From Eledone cirrhosa (Eukaryota): a stretch of 64,000 nt of DNA. Position numbers and translations under genes: made by a program. The notes beneath the pieces were generated by a model that had not been told where the DNA came from, searched no databases, and was given only the letters and a program-made list of their open reading frames with translations. This document shows positions 21,360 through 35,624 of this stretch, in pieces; the stretch's first letter is position 1; every line of letters starts with the position of its first letter. Location of the stretch: contig OZ024740.1 of assembly GCA_964016885.1 (NCBI GenBank), forward strand, positions 252,712,001 to 252,776,000, written 5' to 3'.

Positions 21360-24300
21360 TCCTCCTCGCAAACTACCCCATACCCCTCCCTCCCGCCCCC
21401 ACTCTCCACCTTATTATTTGGACCAATCACAACTCAACGGCCTATGCTATCACTTCTGGTTGCTTTTCGATATGATGGATGAACTAAGGAATTTCTGGAG
21501 AGTCTGAAAAATCTGGACACCCGAAGACAATGCCAAAGATAACGACAAATTCACCTCATGCTGCCGGACGAAAGGGCAAGGCCCCCCCCCTCTTTGTTGC
21601 GGCCGCAGATGGCCAACATAACCCCAACCCCATCCACCTCACCCCTCCCTGCGCCCCACCCACCAAACGCAATCCAAAACTTCAGAGTTGGTACCATGAA
21701 TGTAGGCACCTTAAAGGGTCGCTCTAACGAGGGTGTAGAAATGCTTGAACATAAGGAGGTTGATGTTTGCTGTATCCAAGAGACCAGGTGGAGGGGCGGG
21801 TCTGCTAGATTCATTGTGGGTAAAAAAACGATGCTATAATCTTTTCTGGGTGGGAAATGACAATGGGCTGGGTGGGGTAGGATTCATGTTAGCAGAAAAA
21901 TGGGTGGATAAGATAATAGACGTAAATAGAGTGAATGACAGAATAATTAAAATAAGACTTGTTCTAAATAGAACTACTGTGACGGTAATATCTGCATACG
22001 CGCCCCAATCCGGACTGCCTGGCACTATAAAAGACAGTTTCTATGAGACACTGATGGTCAGTAACTCCCAAATAAACGACAGTGACTATATAATTATAGC
22101 TGGCGACCTAAATGGTCACGTTGGACAACATTGTGACGGCTATGATGGAATCCACGGAGGCTATGGGTTTGGTAATAGAAATGAGGAAGGCTCCAGACTC
22201 CTGGAATTCTGTGACGCAAATAACCTAACTATCTGTAACACTAACTTCAAAAAACGAGACAATTACTCGATCACCTACAGATCAGGGGAACATACCAGCC
22301 AAGTAGATTATATCCTTACCAGAAGACGTGACAAAATGTCTGTTGTAAACACTAAATCCCTCCCCCATGAAGAATGCACCTCCCAACATAGACTCATAAT
22401 TAGCGACCTCATAGTCAGGACGAGACGTAATCGACAGCAGAAGAGGACTATCCTCAGGAGAAAAATATGGAAGCTAAAGAACCCCACAGCCAGAAATAAA
22501 TTTAAAAGCATATTACTTGATGCTTTCGACAGTAAGGAAGAGCATTTAGAGTCGTACAATATAGAGGAACAGTGGGAATTTGTGAAAGCAAACCTGCTGA
22601 TGGCGGCAGACGAAGTCTGTGGCTGGAGCAGGCCTATAGGCAGGAGGAGAGTAACATGGTGGTGGAACAGTAAGGTGGAGGAGTCAATTAAGGCCAAAAA
22701 GCAGGCTTGGAAAGTATGGCGGGATGGGGGAAGTAGAGAAGACTATCAAGTGGCCAGGAGGGAAGCTAGGAGACAAGTGTACTTCGCAAAAAGGGAAGCA
22801 GAGGAAAGAAAGTTCAAGCATGTTCTACAACGCGAGGACCAAAAACGTGAGGTGTTCAGGATTGCTAAGCAATGTGTCAAGGAAAACCGTGATATGGTCG
22901 GGGAGAAGTGTGTCCTTAATGATGATGGTGTACTTTCCATCACTGACGCTGATAAGAAGGTAGCTTGGAAGTGTCACTACGAAAGGCTACTAAATGAGGA
23001 GAATAAATGGGAGAAAGACAGTCTCCCCCACATCGACCCAATAGAGAGACCGGCAGTGTTAGTCAAAGGTAGTATAATAAGTAAGGCCATCAAAGATATA
23101 AAACGGGTAAGGCGGCTGGGCCTTCGGAAATAGTTGCTGAGATGCTGAAAGCCTCTGAATCGGTGGGACACACCATGGTCACCCGGATAGTAAACCAAGT
23201 CATACAGAATGGGGTTGTTCCGAAGGACTGGCGTAGCAGCATCATCATTAACTGTTACAAGGGTAAAGGAGATGCCCTAGATAGGAGTAACTATAGAGGC
23301 ATTAAATTAATCGACCAGGTCATGAAGGTCACGGAAAAAGTAATAGCGCAACTAATCAGAGAGAGAATTGATCTAGATGAAATGCAGTTCGGGTGTGTGT
23401 CAGGCAAAAGTACCACAGACGCTCTTTTCATTGTACAACTACAGGAGAAGTACTTAGCTAAAAGTAAACCCCTATACTTAGCTTTTGTCGACTTGGAGAA
23501 AGCCTTCGACAGAGTCCCCCGTTCCATTATCTGGTGGGCTCTTAGAAAACTAGGTGTTGATGAATGGCTTGTGAGAGCTATACAAGCCATGTATAAAGAA
23601 ACTGTCAGCAAGGTTAGAATTAACAACGAATATAGTGAAGAGTTTAGCGTAAAAGTTGGTGTTCATCAGGGCTCCGTTCTTAGCCCCCTACTATTTATTA
23701 TTGCCCTTCAGGCTATAACAGTAGAGTTCAAGACCGGCTGCCAATGGGAACTCCTATACGCAGATGATCTAACGCTCATAGCTGAATCAATGGCCGAGCT
23801 AGAGAAGAAATTCAAAACATGGAAGCACGGCCTAGAATCAAAAGGCCTTAAAATTAACCTGGCTAAGACAAAAGTTCTAGTTTGTAGGAAGGAAAATAGG
23901 GCGCCGGTCCCATCCGGGAAATGGCCATGCTCAGTGTGTAGGAAAGGCGTAGGTAGAAACTCCATTTTATGTCCCAAATGCAAAGTATGGGTGCATAAAA
24001 GATGTAGTGGGATCACAGGTAAGCTAACTAAGAACATAGATTTTACATGTGGCCGGTGCTCTGGTGCAAAAAGTAGCAGCAAGTGCCCACAAAATACTAG
24101 CTCTTTCAATTGCACAGAGGGTTCTATAGAAATAGTGGACAGCTTCTGTTACCTGGGTGACAAAATCAGCAGTGGGGGAGGGTGCTCTGAAAGTACAGTA
24201 GCTAGAGTCAGAACTGGATGGAAAAAGTTCAGAGAGCTTATACCACTATTAGCCGCTAAAGAGTTCTCCCTAAAAATGAAAGGCAGGCTGTATGATGCCT

Positions 24301-24918
24301 GCATACGAACAGCAATGTTGCATGGCAGTGAGACCTGGGCATTGTGTGCAGAGGATATATGCAGACTAGAGAGGAACGAAGCTTGTATGCTCCGCTGGAT
24401 GTGTAATAGTAATATACGTGAACGGCAAAGCATTAACGAACTAAGGGAAAAATTAGAAATAAGAGGGATCAGACGTTGTTTACTTGAGAGAAGGCTACGT
24501 TGGTATGGTCACGTGATGCGCATGAAAGACGACAGCTGTATAAAAAAGTGCAGGGCAATAAAAATAGACGGTAGCCACGGAGTAGGCAGACCCAGAAAAA
24601 CCTGGGACGACTTGATAAATTCCGACCTCACACACTTACACCTCTCCAAGACAATGTCACTGGACCGAGATCTTTGGCGGTACTCAGTAATAGAGAAGAC
24701 CCGCCTTACCTAAATACAAAGTAAAACCTACTACACTCAGTAGGCACCTCTAACAAAATATAACCCCGTCCCACTACACCCACCCCCATCCACACCGCCC
24801 CTTTCAATGTAAAGTTATGTTGGTACCACAACATCCAGGCCGAAACAAATGAAGTCGTGTAGGTGTCACGACAAAAAACACACAGTCCACACTGTAATGT
24901 GGCCGCGTAGGTAACATC
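21360..24918 (+). mobile_element. RTE LINE copy 3 (diverged from copies 1/2; frameshifts near 21830 and 23100; 3' UTR truncated)
   Basis: ORFs 21558-21839, 21745-23133 and 23142-24713 together rebuild the APE-RT-PHD protein; the 5' boundary is approximate. Confidence 0.93.
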
Positions 24919-25878
24919 TTGGGTCTCCCCACTCCGCGGTTTCCATCGACTTCTAGTGCTCTGCACCTTTTTATGCAGCTGTCATCCTTCATACGCATCA
25001 CATGTCCATACCAACGCATCCGCCTTTCCTGCACACAGCATTTGATTCCTCTTATGCTCAGTCTCTCTCTCCATTTATGCTTTGTCGTTCTCGTATATTA
25101 CTATTACACATCCATCGGAGTATGCAGGCTTCGTTTCTCTCTAATCTACGTAGGTCTTCCACCTTCAGCGCCCAGGTCTCACTACCATGTAACATTGCTG
25201 TTCGGATACATGCATCATACAGTCTGCCTTTCATTTTGAGGGAGAAGCCTTTTGCAGCTAGCAGTGGTAATAGTTACCTGAACTTCTTCCATCCCGTTCT
25301 TACCCTAGTTATTGTACTTTCTGAACACCCACCTCCGCTGCTAATTCGGTCACCTAGGTCTAGAAGCTGTCTACTGTCTCTACAGAGCCCTCCCAGAGAT
25401 TGGTGGTACTTGTTTCCAGCTGCTTGCTGTCCCAGTACAGCTGCTGCATGTGAAGCCTACATTCTTAATTAAGCTTCCTGAGATCCCGCTACATCTCTTG
25501 TGTACCCATTGTTTGCATTTGGGGCAGAGAATGCAGTTCCTAAATACACCTTTCCTACATACTGAGCAAGGCCATTTCCCTGAGGGGATCTGGGTTCTGT
25601 TTTCTCGTCTACTTACAAGGACCTTAGTCTTTGTCATGTTGACTTTGAGACCCTTTCTTTCTAGTCCCTGCTTCCAAGTTTGGAATTTCTTCTCTATTTC
25701 TACCATAGATTCAGCTATAAGTGCGAGGTTATCTGCATACAGGAGTTCCCATGGGCATCCGGTCTTAAACTCCTCCGTTATTGCCTGCAGGACTATGATG
25801 AACAGGAGAGGGCTAAGAACAGAGCTCTGGTGGACCCCAACCTGTACGCTAAATTCCTCGCTATACTCATTGCTAATC

Positions 25879-25884
<6 letters not shown>
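24919..25884 (-). mobile_element. RTE LINE fragment, second subfamily (RT C-terminal half with PHD)
   Basis: RISNEYSEEFSVQVGVHQ...LYADN...WPCSVCRKGV...HKRC...RWYGHVMRM...GRPK; fused directly to the 3' UTR of copy 3. Confidence 0.9.
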
Positions 25885-25919
<35 letters not shown>

Positions 25920-25923
<4 letters not shown>

Positions 25924-28512
25924 AAATCAACTACGTAAACAGCAATAACACTAACCATGTTAGGGCTGCGCTTGGTAGTGGGGTGGCTAGTGAGGCCATG
26001 TGTGAGAACCCCATGACCGCCATCAAGCAATCACACAACATGAAAAAGAACAAGACGTCGCATCTCAGAGTCGCCACACTTAATGTTGGCACTCTAACAG
26101 GTAGATCTGGTGAGATAGCGGAGATGCTGGAGAGAAGGCATGTGGATGTGTGCTGTATGCAAGAGGTGAGATGGAAAGGTGCCTCTGCGAGACTAGTTGC
26201 AAGCAAACATCGTAGTTATAAACTTTTTGGGGTGGGTAATGATGATGGGTTAGGTGGGGTGGGCATATTACTGGGCCTAGGTAAAGAAGAGAAAGACTGC
26301 TTTTACGTGCAACTTTTACAAACAGCCTCAATGAGAGAGGACAGAAACATCGTTATGCTAGCAGAGGACTTAAATGGACATGTTGGACAGCTCCAGGATG
26401 GATACAGAGGGGTACATGGTGGGCATGTTTACGGCTCAAGTAATGAAGAGGCTTCTTGAATTTTGTGATGCAAATGCACTAAACATTTGCAACACTAACT
26501 TCCAGAAGCCTAGCAACCACCTAATAACCTACAAATCAGGTGAGTACATAAGCCAGATTGACTTCCTGCTAGTTAGACAACGAGACAGACAGATGGTGTC
26601 AATGTACCCCACAGCATAGGTTAGTCGTTAGTGACATCTCAGTAAGCAAGAAAAAGAATGAGACATACAGGAAGGTGTGGAAAAGAAAGATTTGTAAGCT
26701 AAAAGACCTTTCATTAAAATATAAATTTAGCAAAGCCCTTCAAGATGTGTATGTCGAAAAATAAGATGATTTAGAGTTGTATGACATAGATAATAACTGG
26801 AATTTCTTGCATGACAACTTACTGCAGTCTACTGAAGAAACTTGTGGTTGGGGCAGAGCTTCAACAAGACAGAGAGTGACCTGGTGGTGGAACTTCACGG
26901 TAGATAGGGCCATTAGAGACATGGAAGGCTTGGAAAATGGTGAGAGTAGAGAAGGATACACAGCCACTAAGAGAGAAGCTAGACGTCAGGTGTACTTAGC
27001 ACGCAGGGAGGCTGAGAGTAGGAGGTTTGCCAATGTTCTGTGATGGGAAGATCTGAGACGTGCGGTGTTCCGCATTGCAAGGCAGTGTGTCAGTGCAAAT
27101 CAGGATGTTGTTATAGATAAGTCTGTCCGGAATGATGCCGGTGTACTTAGTGTCAAAAAAAGGAGGCCCGAAAATGTCATTATGAGAGACTGATGAATGT
27201 GGAGAACGAATGGGAGAGAAAGAAATTACCCCCAGTAGACACGACAGAGACCAGCTATTGAGATTGACAAATAAAGGGTACAAGAGGCAATTAAGGAAAT
27301 GAAGAATGGTAAGGCTGCTGGACCATTGGGGATAGTTGCTAGGATGGTGAAGGCATCAGGAGAAGTAGGCACTAAACTAGTTGCACACATCATTAATCAA
27401 GCTATATATGGTGGTGTCATACCCAAAGACTGGTGCAGCAGTATTCTCATAAATTGCTACAAAGGTAAAGGGGATGCTCTGGAGAGGAGCAATTATAGGG
27501 ATATAAAACTGATGGATCACGTTATGAAAGTGGCAGAGAGAATATTAGCACAACTGATTAGAGAAAGGGTCAAATTAGATGAGATGCAGTTTGGTTTTGT
27601 GCCTCGGAAAAGTACAACAGATGCCCTCTTCTTAGTGAGGCAACTACAAGAACAATGGAATCAGACAATACTCTGATTCCATCAGGGAAATAGCCATGTT
27701 CGATATGTAGGAAAGGAACTGGCATAAATTCCATAAAATGTACGCAATGGAAATCTTGGGTACACAAGAGATGTAGTGGGATAGCAGGCAAACTAACAGG
27801 TAGGGAAAACTACGTATGCAGTAGATGTACATGGAAAGTTGGCAGTATTAATTGCAGTGATAGAAACATTTTTCCAATGCAGGTGGGTTCTATAGAAGTG
27901 GTTGATAGCTTCTGGTACCTAGGTAATCAGATCAGCATGGGAGGGCGGTGTTCCGAGGCCATAGTATCTAGAATAAGGACGGGAAGGAAGAAGTTTAGGG
28001 AGCTGCTTCCTCTGTTGACAAAGAAGGGTTTCTCTCTGCATACGAAAGGACGGTTATATGATGCCTCTGTGAGATGCACTATGCTGCATGATAGTGAGAC
28101 ATGAGCAGCAACTGCAGAGGATATGCAACAGCTGGAGAGAAATGAAGCCAGTATGCTCCGTTAGATGTGCAATGTCAATGTGCGTGAACGACCAAGCATG
28201 GACGAGTTAAGAAAGTAACTGGGTATAAGAGGGATAAGTTGTGGTGTGCAGGAGAGAATGCTGAGATGGTATGTGATGCGCATGGAGGATGACCGCTGGG
28301 TAAAGAAGTGCCAAGAAATCCCAGTAGAAGGAGGATGCAGTATAGGTAGACCACGAAAAACATGGGCGGAGGTGATGAGAGCAGACCTCAGATCGATGAA
28401 ACTCACTGAGAAGATGATGAAGGACCATGACAAGCAGAGAGATGCTGTGCTGAATAGGATCCGTCCAACTCTTGCAAGCAGGGAAAAGCGGACGTAAAAT
28501 GATGATGATGAT
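25920..28512 (+). mobile_element. Decayed RTE LINE, third subfamily, with internal deletions and (GAT)n tail
   Basis: LRVATLNVGTLTGRSGE..CCMQEVRW; NYRDIKL; decayed PHD PCSICRKG..WVHKRC..VCSRC (~27690-27830); GRPRKTW; tail GATGATGATGAT. Confidence 0.9.
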
Positions 28513-28693
28513 ACATACAAACACACACGTATACATATATATATACATACACTCATACACATATATACACATGCACATACATATGTATATATATACACAC
28601 ATGTATATATATTTTTTATCATATATATTCAGATTTTAGTTTTCACATTTATTATTATTACTACTATATATATAAATATATATACACAAATAT

Positions 28694-28724
<31 letters not shown>

Positions 28725-30559
28725 TAAATATACATATATACATACATAAACATATATACACATATAGAGGCACAATTCAAGTACATTATACATGTGGAAA
28801 AGGTAAATAGGTAAGAAGTACTCACATAACCATAGTACTGTCAGGCAGATAGGGGTAGAGTGGGATGGAGGGCGAGGGTATATTTTCTCAAGTGGGGTTT
28901 TAAAAAAGAAAATTCTATCCATCAAAAATATCAAAATTGTAATGATAATAGAATTTAGAAATGAAAATCTGTCAATCTGGAAGAATCTTAGAGTAAACAA
29001 TATTCATTGTGTAAATTTTTGTTGGTGTCCAAATGAATAGACACACACATACACTCTCATACATATACTAAGACAGACACACACACAGATATACATTCAC
29101 GCAGACACATACAAAGCTTTTCACCTCATTTTTTTGTCAGTCGCGACATATGTATATGCATGAGTAGATGTGTGTATGTATTTACTAATGTACCTAATGA
29201 ATGTGCACAACACACACACACAGACACATACATATTCATATACAAAATGTGACAGTTATGTTGTTTTCTATTGTTTTAATCCAAATGAAAATAAAATTTA
29301 TCACATACTCACACACACACACACTCACACACACACATACACACACACACTCACATACATTTACTAAGATACACACAGACATACATTCACCACACACCTA
29401 TTACTTGTCTGTCAAAATGTGTATCTGTATGTGTGTAAAGATAATGTGTATGCAACTTACTAAGGCTATATGTATGTGCAGATGTGTGTGCCTGTTTGTG
29501 TGTTTAATTCTGAGGCCTATCATTAAAATAAAAATTGTCACATACACTCACACGCGCATTCACTCACACACACACACTCTCACATACATATACTAAGACA
29601 GACACATTCAAACATACATTCATGCACACCTTTTACTTGTCTATCAAAACATATATATATATATATATGTATGTGTAGATGTGTGTGTTTAATTCTCGGA
29701 GGCCTAACGTATGTAAGGAACTTACTCACTTACACACTCATATAAAAAATGTGCCATGGTGGTGGTGGTTTACTAAAGTTGACTATAGAAGGATTATTTT
29801 AGATAAAATGTTATATTGTTTTAATCCAAAAGAAAATAAAAATGACATGTTGACACTCCCAGAGGGGGGGGGGGGGTTCTAATACTATTACCTTGTAAAA
29901 TTTGATTTGGTCCAGCTCTTTGCATAGGAACCGACAGACAGAGAGACAAAGAATTTTACATATAGAGAATTAACGGTACAGCTTTTTTTTTGTCTGTCAC
30001 ACAAACTACAATTTCACAAAAATGTTCTAAAATCTACATTTAGAATTGATGGAAGATAAATCTAAGAGAGAAAATGTGAGTAGGGTGAGGGTCAGAGGAT
30101 AAAATGTTATAAATATACAAAAAAATCAACATTTTCTCAACAGTGTTGTCTCTGTCTATATAACATTTTCTGTGTGTGCATGTTTATATACGTACATACA
30201 TATAGGAAGCCTCCCTGCCCTTACCCTGATAGTCGAGTGAATGAATAACAACCTCCTTAGTGGTTGTGTCATGATAAAACACACCCATTCATAGAAATCA
30301 TGACAAAATAGAATGTATGAGTAAAACATGGTCATCTCAGGTGACAACCTGTCCAACCCGAGCCAATGTAGTAAAGGGCAGCAATTATAATCCACAAAAA
30401 TAGCTTTATTAAAGTTTGGTGAAGAAACCAAATAGTTCTTATTCCGTCTGTAATACAATGGCTTATATGCTACAAGTTATTTCAACAACTGTAAGTGGTT
30501 TATGGTTCACAGAAAGGAAGTTCTTCATATTCTATAACAGCTCTTATTCTGATTTTAGT

Positions 30560-30760
30560 GAAGGTGCATAGCTTAGTGGGTAGATCATTGGGCTTGCAAT
30601 GGGGAGGTTGTGAGTTCAATTCTTGGACTAAGTGATGCGTTGTGTCCTTAAGCAAGACACTTTATTTCACATTGCTCCAGTTTACTCAGCTGTAGAAATG
30701 AGTAGCAATGACACTGGTGCTAAGCTGTATCAGCCATTGCATTTCCCTTGGACAGCATCA
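30560..30760 (+). mobile_element. tRNA-derived SINE (octopus OR-like), 5' part
   Basis: A box TAGCTTAGTGG, B box GTTCAATTC, then TGTGTCCTTAAGCAAGACACTTTATTTCAC core. Related pieces at 31905-32070 (+), ~32100-32410 (-), 32473-32600 (+) and ~52580-52710 (-). Confidence 0.75.
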
Positions 30761-30780
30761 TATATAGTATATATATAGTG

Positions 30781-31830
30781 TATGAGGTGGTTTCAAAAAG
30801 TTCCCGAACTAGTTGTTAAAAAAAAATAAATATATTTGCTTAAGTTTTAACATCATCTCCTTCGAAACAGTCACCTTGCACAGCAATACACCGGTCCCAG
30901 CGAAGGTGCATTGTCATCATGAAGAATCCAATTCTTTGCACTCCACAGATCCAGTCACTTTCACCAAACGTCTTCCCTCAAACACCTCAAAACATTGCAG
31001 TAGAACTCTTGATTGATGGTCAGGCTCTGTGGGATGCATTCTCAATGCGCAATACCGTGGTTATTGAAAAAATGGTGAGTATGCTCTTGATTGAGCTGTG
31101 GCTCTGTCATGCCTTCCTCGGTTGTGGAGATGAACGGCTTTTCTATTGTGTCGACTGTTGCTTCATCTCAGGGTCATACCTGTAGACCCAACTCTTGTCA
31201 CCGGAGATGATCCGCGACATGAAGGATGGGTCATCAGTGGCACGCTGACAGAGATCTTGACAGACTTTGATGAGATGTACTTTCTGCTCAGTGGTCAGCA
31301 GGTGGGGGACAAACTTGGCAGCGACATGCCGCATGTTCAATTCAGACATTAGGATTGTCTGCACAGACCCATACCACAGACAAACAATATCAGCAATATC
31401 GCTGATTGACCTCCAATGATCCTCATACACAAGCTGATTAATTTTTTCCACATTTCCGAGGGTGACACTCATATCAGGTATTCCAGATCGTTCGTCATCT
31501 TCCAGGGACGTTTTTCCACTTTTGAACCACCCGTGCCACTTGAAACATTGCGTATAACCCATTGCCTCATTACTGTAAGCTTGTCGAAGCATGCTCAATG
31601 TCTCTGTAGCAGACTTCCTAAGTTGAATGCAAAATCTCATGTTGGCTCTTTGTTCCAACTTCCTGTTCATGACAAAATCACAAGCTACAGCATACATGTG
31701 ATCTCAAAAACACAAATTTTACAGCTTGCAAAGTGAACACACAATGTCAATTGGCACACTGGTGCATGAACATCACTGCTAGCTCTCACTGTGCACACAA
31801 CCATGTGTTGCCATCTGTTGGTGTGCTGCA
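30781..31830 (-). mobile_element. Decayed mariner DNA transposon
   Basis: ORF 31143-31697: EQRANMRFC..KSATET..WFKSGKTSLEDDERSG..KFVPHLLT..IISGDKSWVYRYDPE..QQS; mariner-like end TATGAGGTGGTTTCAAAAAGTTCCCG at 30781. Confidence 0.88.
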
Positions 31831-32472
31831 GTACACATACAGCACAACATATATATACATTATATATACGAGCTCGTATATATAATGTATATATATGTTG
31901 TGCTGTCACTGGTACTAAGCTGTATCGACCATTGCCTTTCGCTTAGACGACATTAGTAGCATAGAGAGGAGAGGTGGAATGCATGGGCGACTGTTGGTCT
32001 TTCACAAACAACCTTGCCTGGATTGTGCTCCAGAGGGGAACTTTCTAAGTACAAATCCCCTGTTCATTTGTGATTGAAGGAGGTCTTTACCTTACTCTGA
32101 TTTATTTTTGTTTTTGAATCTGTCAGTTCTGATGATGAGTGTTCCAGGTCTTTGATCAACAGAACAGCCTGCTTGTGAAATAAACATGTAATTCCACAGA
32201 CACATGTACCCATAATGTAATTCTTAGTAAAATTCAATGTGACACATTGTGTGACAAGGCTGGATATTTCGATTACAAGTACAGCTAATTTTTTTCCAGC
32301 TGAGTAGGCTGGAATAATGTGAAATAAAATGTCTTGCTTAAGGACACAATCCAACACCAAGAACTGAACTCATGATCTCACGATCAAACCAATAAATAAC
32401 ATGTCTTCACTGATTTATTACCAGTTACTTGGATGATTGGATGGTTCTATGAAAGGAAATCACCCATTTTGT

Positions 32473-32600
32473 GAAGGCATGTGGCTTAATGGTTAGAGAA
32501 TTGGATTCACAATCATGAGGTTGTGAATTCAATTCCCAGAACCGGTGATGCATTATGTTCTTCAGCAAGACACTTTATTTCATGTTGCTCTTTCAGCCAG
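32473..32600 (+). mobile_element. tRNA-derived SINE (OR-like) fragment
   Basis: TGGCTTAATGG A box, ATTCAATTCC B box, CAGCAAGACACTTTATTTCA core. Confidence 0.7.
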
Positions 32601-32711
32601 GAGCTGCAACTGGTAGATAGTATCAGCTATGGAAAGACCAATGGTAAGCAAATGAGATCAGATCTTGTCAATCGATTCTTTCCTTTAAAATAATTCCTAT
32701 TTAAATCTATA

Positions 32712-33737
32712 TCTATATATAATATAAAAGAGAGATGTTTATTGGTTGGTTGGTTGATTTAATCACTCGAAAACTCACACACACACATCTAAAGAGAGAG
32801 AGATACGTGGTTATACAGAGTGATATACAATTAAAGTGTTAGATAGTCAGGGAGAGAGAAAGACTGACGTCCCACAAAAACCTAGAATCGTCTTAAACTA
32901 TAGATCAAAGAATCAGATGAATGTTTAACAATATTGCATTAGCTTTTATAAAGTCCTTTTACACCAGTCTTTGATTTTAGAGAACACAGAAAAAATTTAC
33001 ACTATTTGAAATTAATCTACAGTGTATATTAATTTAGCTTTTTGAGGATAGTGTCACATGTTATTATTGACCTAATTCAGATGACAGTGTCAACCTATTC
33101 TCTAAGGTAGCTTTTTGCATTTATTTCTATTTTTTTATATTGCTTTGTATTGTTTTTATTTTTCACAATATTTTCCCCAAAAATTAATTTCATCATGTCA
33201 CCAAAACACCGCTCATCTATCGGGGGAGTTACAATGTCTGTCAAACGGCTGAAATCTTCAAGCAAAAGAGAAACTCATGAACAATATAAAAAAAGACTTG
33301 GGAATACAAGGACAAGTCAACATTGTGACATTCAGCAGAATATGATACGGGAAACAGAAAGATTAAGACAAGAATAAAGACTATCGCAATAAACAAAGGT
33401 TCAATATGAAAATCACCAAGAGGCAATGAGACTTGCGATGCAAACTCGACGAGCACAAAGGACTCTTCAAGGCAGAATAAACTGGCTAAGAGCTGCGTTT
33501 TCATATGATCCATCGAAGAATTATAGAAATGATCCTAAAGTTACGATTGGTAGCATGGATATTACACTTGGCCTGTGTTGCTTAGGAGGAAAGGTCAGAC
33601 TTCCACTGATAGCGGACCCTCCAGCTTTTATCCATATACTACCTACAGACCATACTAACGAAGCTAAACACTTCAGAAGAAATGTTATGCGGTATATTGT
33701 TGCATTTCAGATGACGTCCATCACCTTATATAGATAA
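32712..33737 (+). mobile_element. Helitron 5' remnant
   Basis: TCTATATATAATATAAAA-type 5' end; peptide AAFSYDPSKNY..VTIGSM..GLCCLGGKVRLP..DPP..EAKHFRRNVMRY..AFQMTS matches the RepHel N-terminal region. Confidence 0.8.
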
Positions 33738-35319
33738 GAATATTAAATATAAATTTAAAAAATGAATCCCAGGAGAACAAACTAAGATCTCCCATAAAGG
33801 ACATGTTTACGGAAGGTGGTGTGGAGTAGGGGGATGATACTCAAGACTGTAGTTGCCAGGAATTAATGTTAACTTTACTAAATGTAACAAATACAGGCAA
33901 GTCAACAAATTGGTAAAGGTATTAAAACATTGGATATAATGTTCTGTGGTATTTCTTCACTATTATTTATAGTGTGACCATCAATTGTTTTGGTGACTAT
34001 ATTTGAAATTGTTTCTTCTTCTTTGCTATCCCCAAGATCACCATGATGTTTCAATGTCTATTATTTTACATTGGTATCAGACTAGACAAGACAGTTCTAG
34101 GTTTCTCTGTTCTGAGTTCAAATCCTTCCAATGTCAACTTTGTCTTTTTCAGACAGATAAAGTACCTGTCAAGTACTCTTTCTCACTCCCTCCTCTTTTT
34201 GTTCAGACCTGGAGAGAAATGGGTTCTACCACATGTAGATCCCCACAATACTGTATATCACTACGGTGCTCCTACAACTTCATCAGGAGTTAAGGACCCC
34301 CAGGTAGCAAGTCAACTAATCATCTTCAATGCTGCTGATTGGCGGCAGATTTTGACATCCATGCCAGGTAATGTTGACAGTTTGTAGGTCACTTTGGTAG
34401 CGACCAGAGAGCACCTGCTCTTATCATATACAAAAAGCAATGTATTATTTCTAATTCAAATATGAATAGTCTACAGAAATGTTGTGAGCTTCTGAAGCAA
34501 GTAGAAAAATGCCAGGATATTTTGAAAACTTGAATGTTTTTAATACATTGCACCAATGCATGCTTATTGCACCAATGCATGCGTATTGCACCAATGTATG
34601 TGTATTTTTTTGTAACAAAATGCAATGTGAACACTCATCTATTTTAAAACAATTTAAACCATTTTGATAGCAAACCACCTGGTTCAACAATACAAAGCTG
34701 TTTATTTTTAAGTGTTTATATTTATCTAAAAACCTTCCAACTCCGAACCTTTATGTCATGTTCCAAATACCAGCTTAATAATTAGTTATATTACTAACCT
34801 AATCTAATCTGGCCGAGTTTACACTCACAAATAAGAAGAACCAGGGCTGCTTCTAGGAGCAGTGGATTTGGTGTACTTCATATTTGTTTCGGTTGCTAAA
34901 TACAATCAGGGGTCGCTGCTTCTCCTGAAGGTCAATAGTTCCCTTCTAACTCGAGCGAGAGTGCCTTTCCATTGACAATTTGCATTGTTCTCAGAACCAC
35001 TACACCAGTATTTCAATGCATGCAGCTGTAACTACTGCCACTCATTGATTTGGCAGGATTTTTTTTTTTTACTACTAAATCCCTCCAAATTTTTGATTAT
35101 TTACAAAATTATTTAGAAATAATAAATTGTCTTTCATTAAAAATATAACAAGAAGGTTAAATTATTTATATTTATCTAAAACCCTTCCCATTCATTTTAT
35201 GTAAGAACCTTTGTTATTTTCAAACACCAGCTTAATAATTACAGAGTTATATTGCTAAATCATTCCAAATTCTTGTTTATTTACGAAATTTGAAAATAAT
35301 TATTTCTCATTTAGGCACA

Positions 35320-35482
35320 AAGCCAACAATTTGTTGGGAAGGGTAAGTTTATTATATTGACACAAAACTTAACTGGTACTTTATTTTATCAACCCTGAAA
35401 GAATGAAACGCAAAGTTCACCTCGGCAGAATTTGAACTCAGAACATAAAGAGCCAAAACATATACTGTGAACTCTGCCAATC
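35320..35482 (-). mobile_element. OK-like tRNA-derived SINE
   Basis: Reverse complement contains TTCTGAGTTCAAATTCTGCCGAGGTGAACTTTGCGTTTCATTCTTTCAGGGTTGATAAAATAAAGTACCAG, as in the 39455-40262 array. Confidence 0.75.
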
Positions 35483-35624
35483 TATGAACCTAAATTATTT
35501 GAAAATAATGAACAGTGATTTCTTTTATTAGAAATATGCCAACAAAACCAACAGAAAGGTTAATTTTCTCTTATATATAATAAAAGCCATGCAAGCATGA
35601 CACTTTGAATTTGTTTAACAGTAC

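Noticed and set aside
30560-30635. tRNA gene
   Set aside because: A/B boxes are present but there is no proper cloverleaf and the sequence continues into SINE body; same for 32473 and the 39455-40262 units.
34451-34690. Further crumbs EGF exon (CFKIDECSHC)
   Set aside because: Cysteine spacing does not fit EGF, it overlaps a 17-bp ATTGCACCAATGCATGC repeat and a MITE end, and no phase-0 acceptor supports it.
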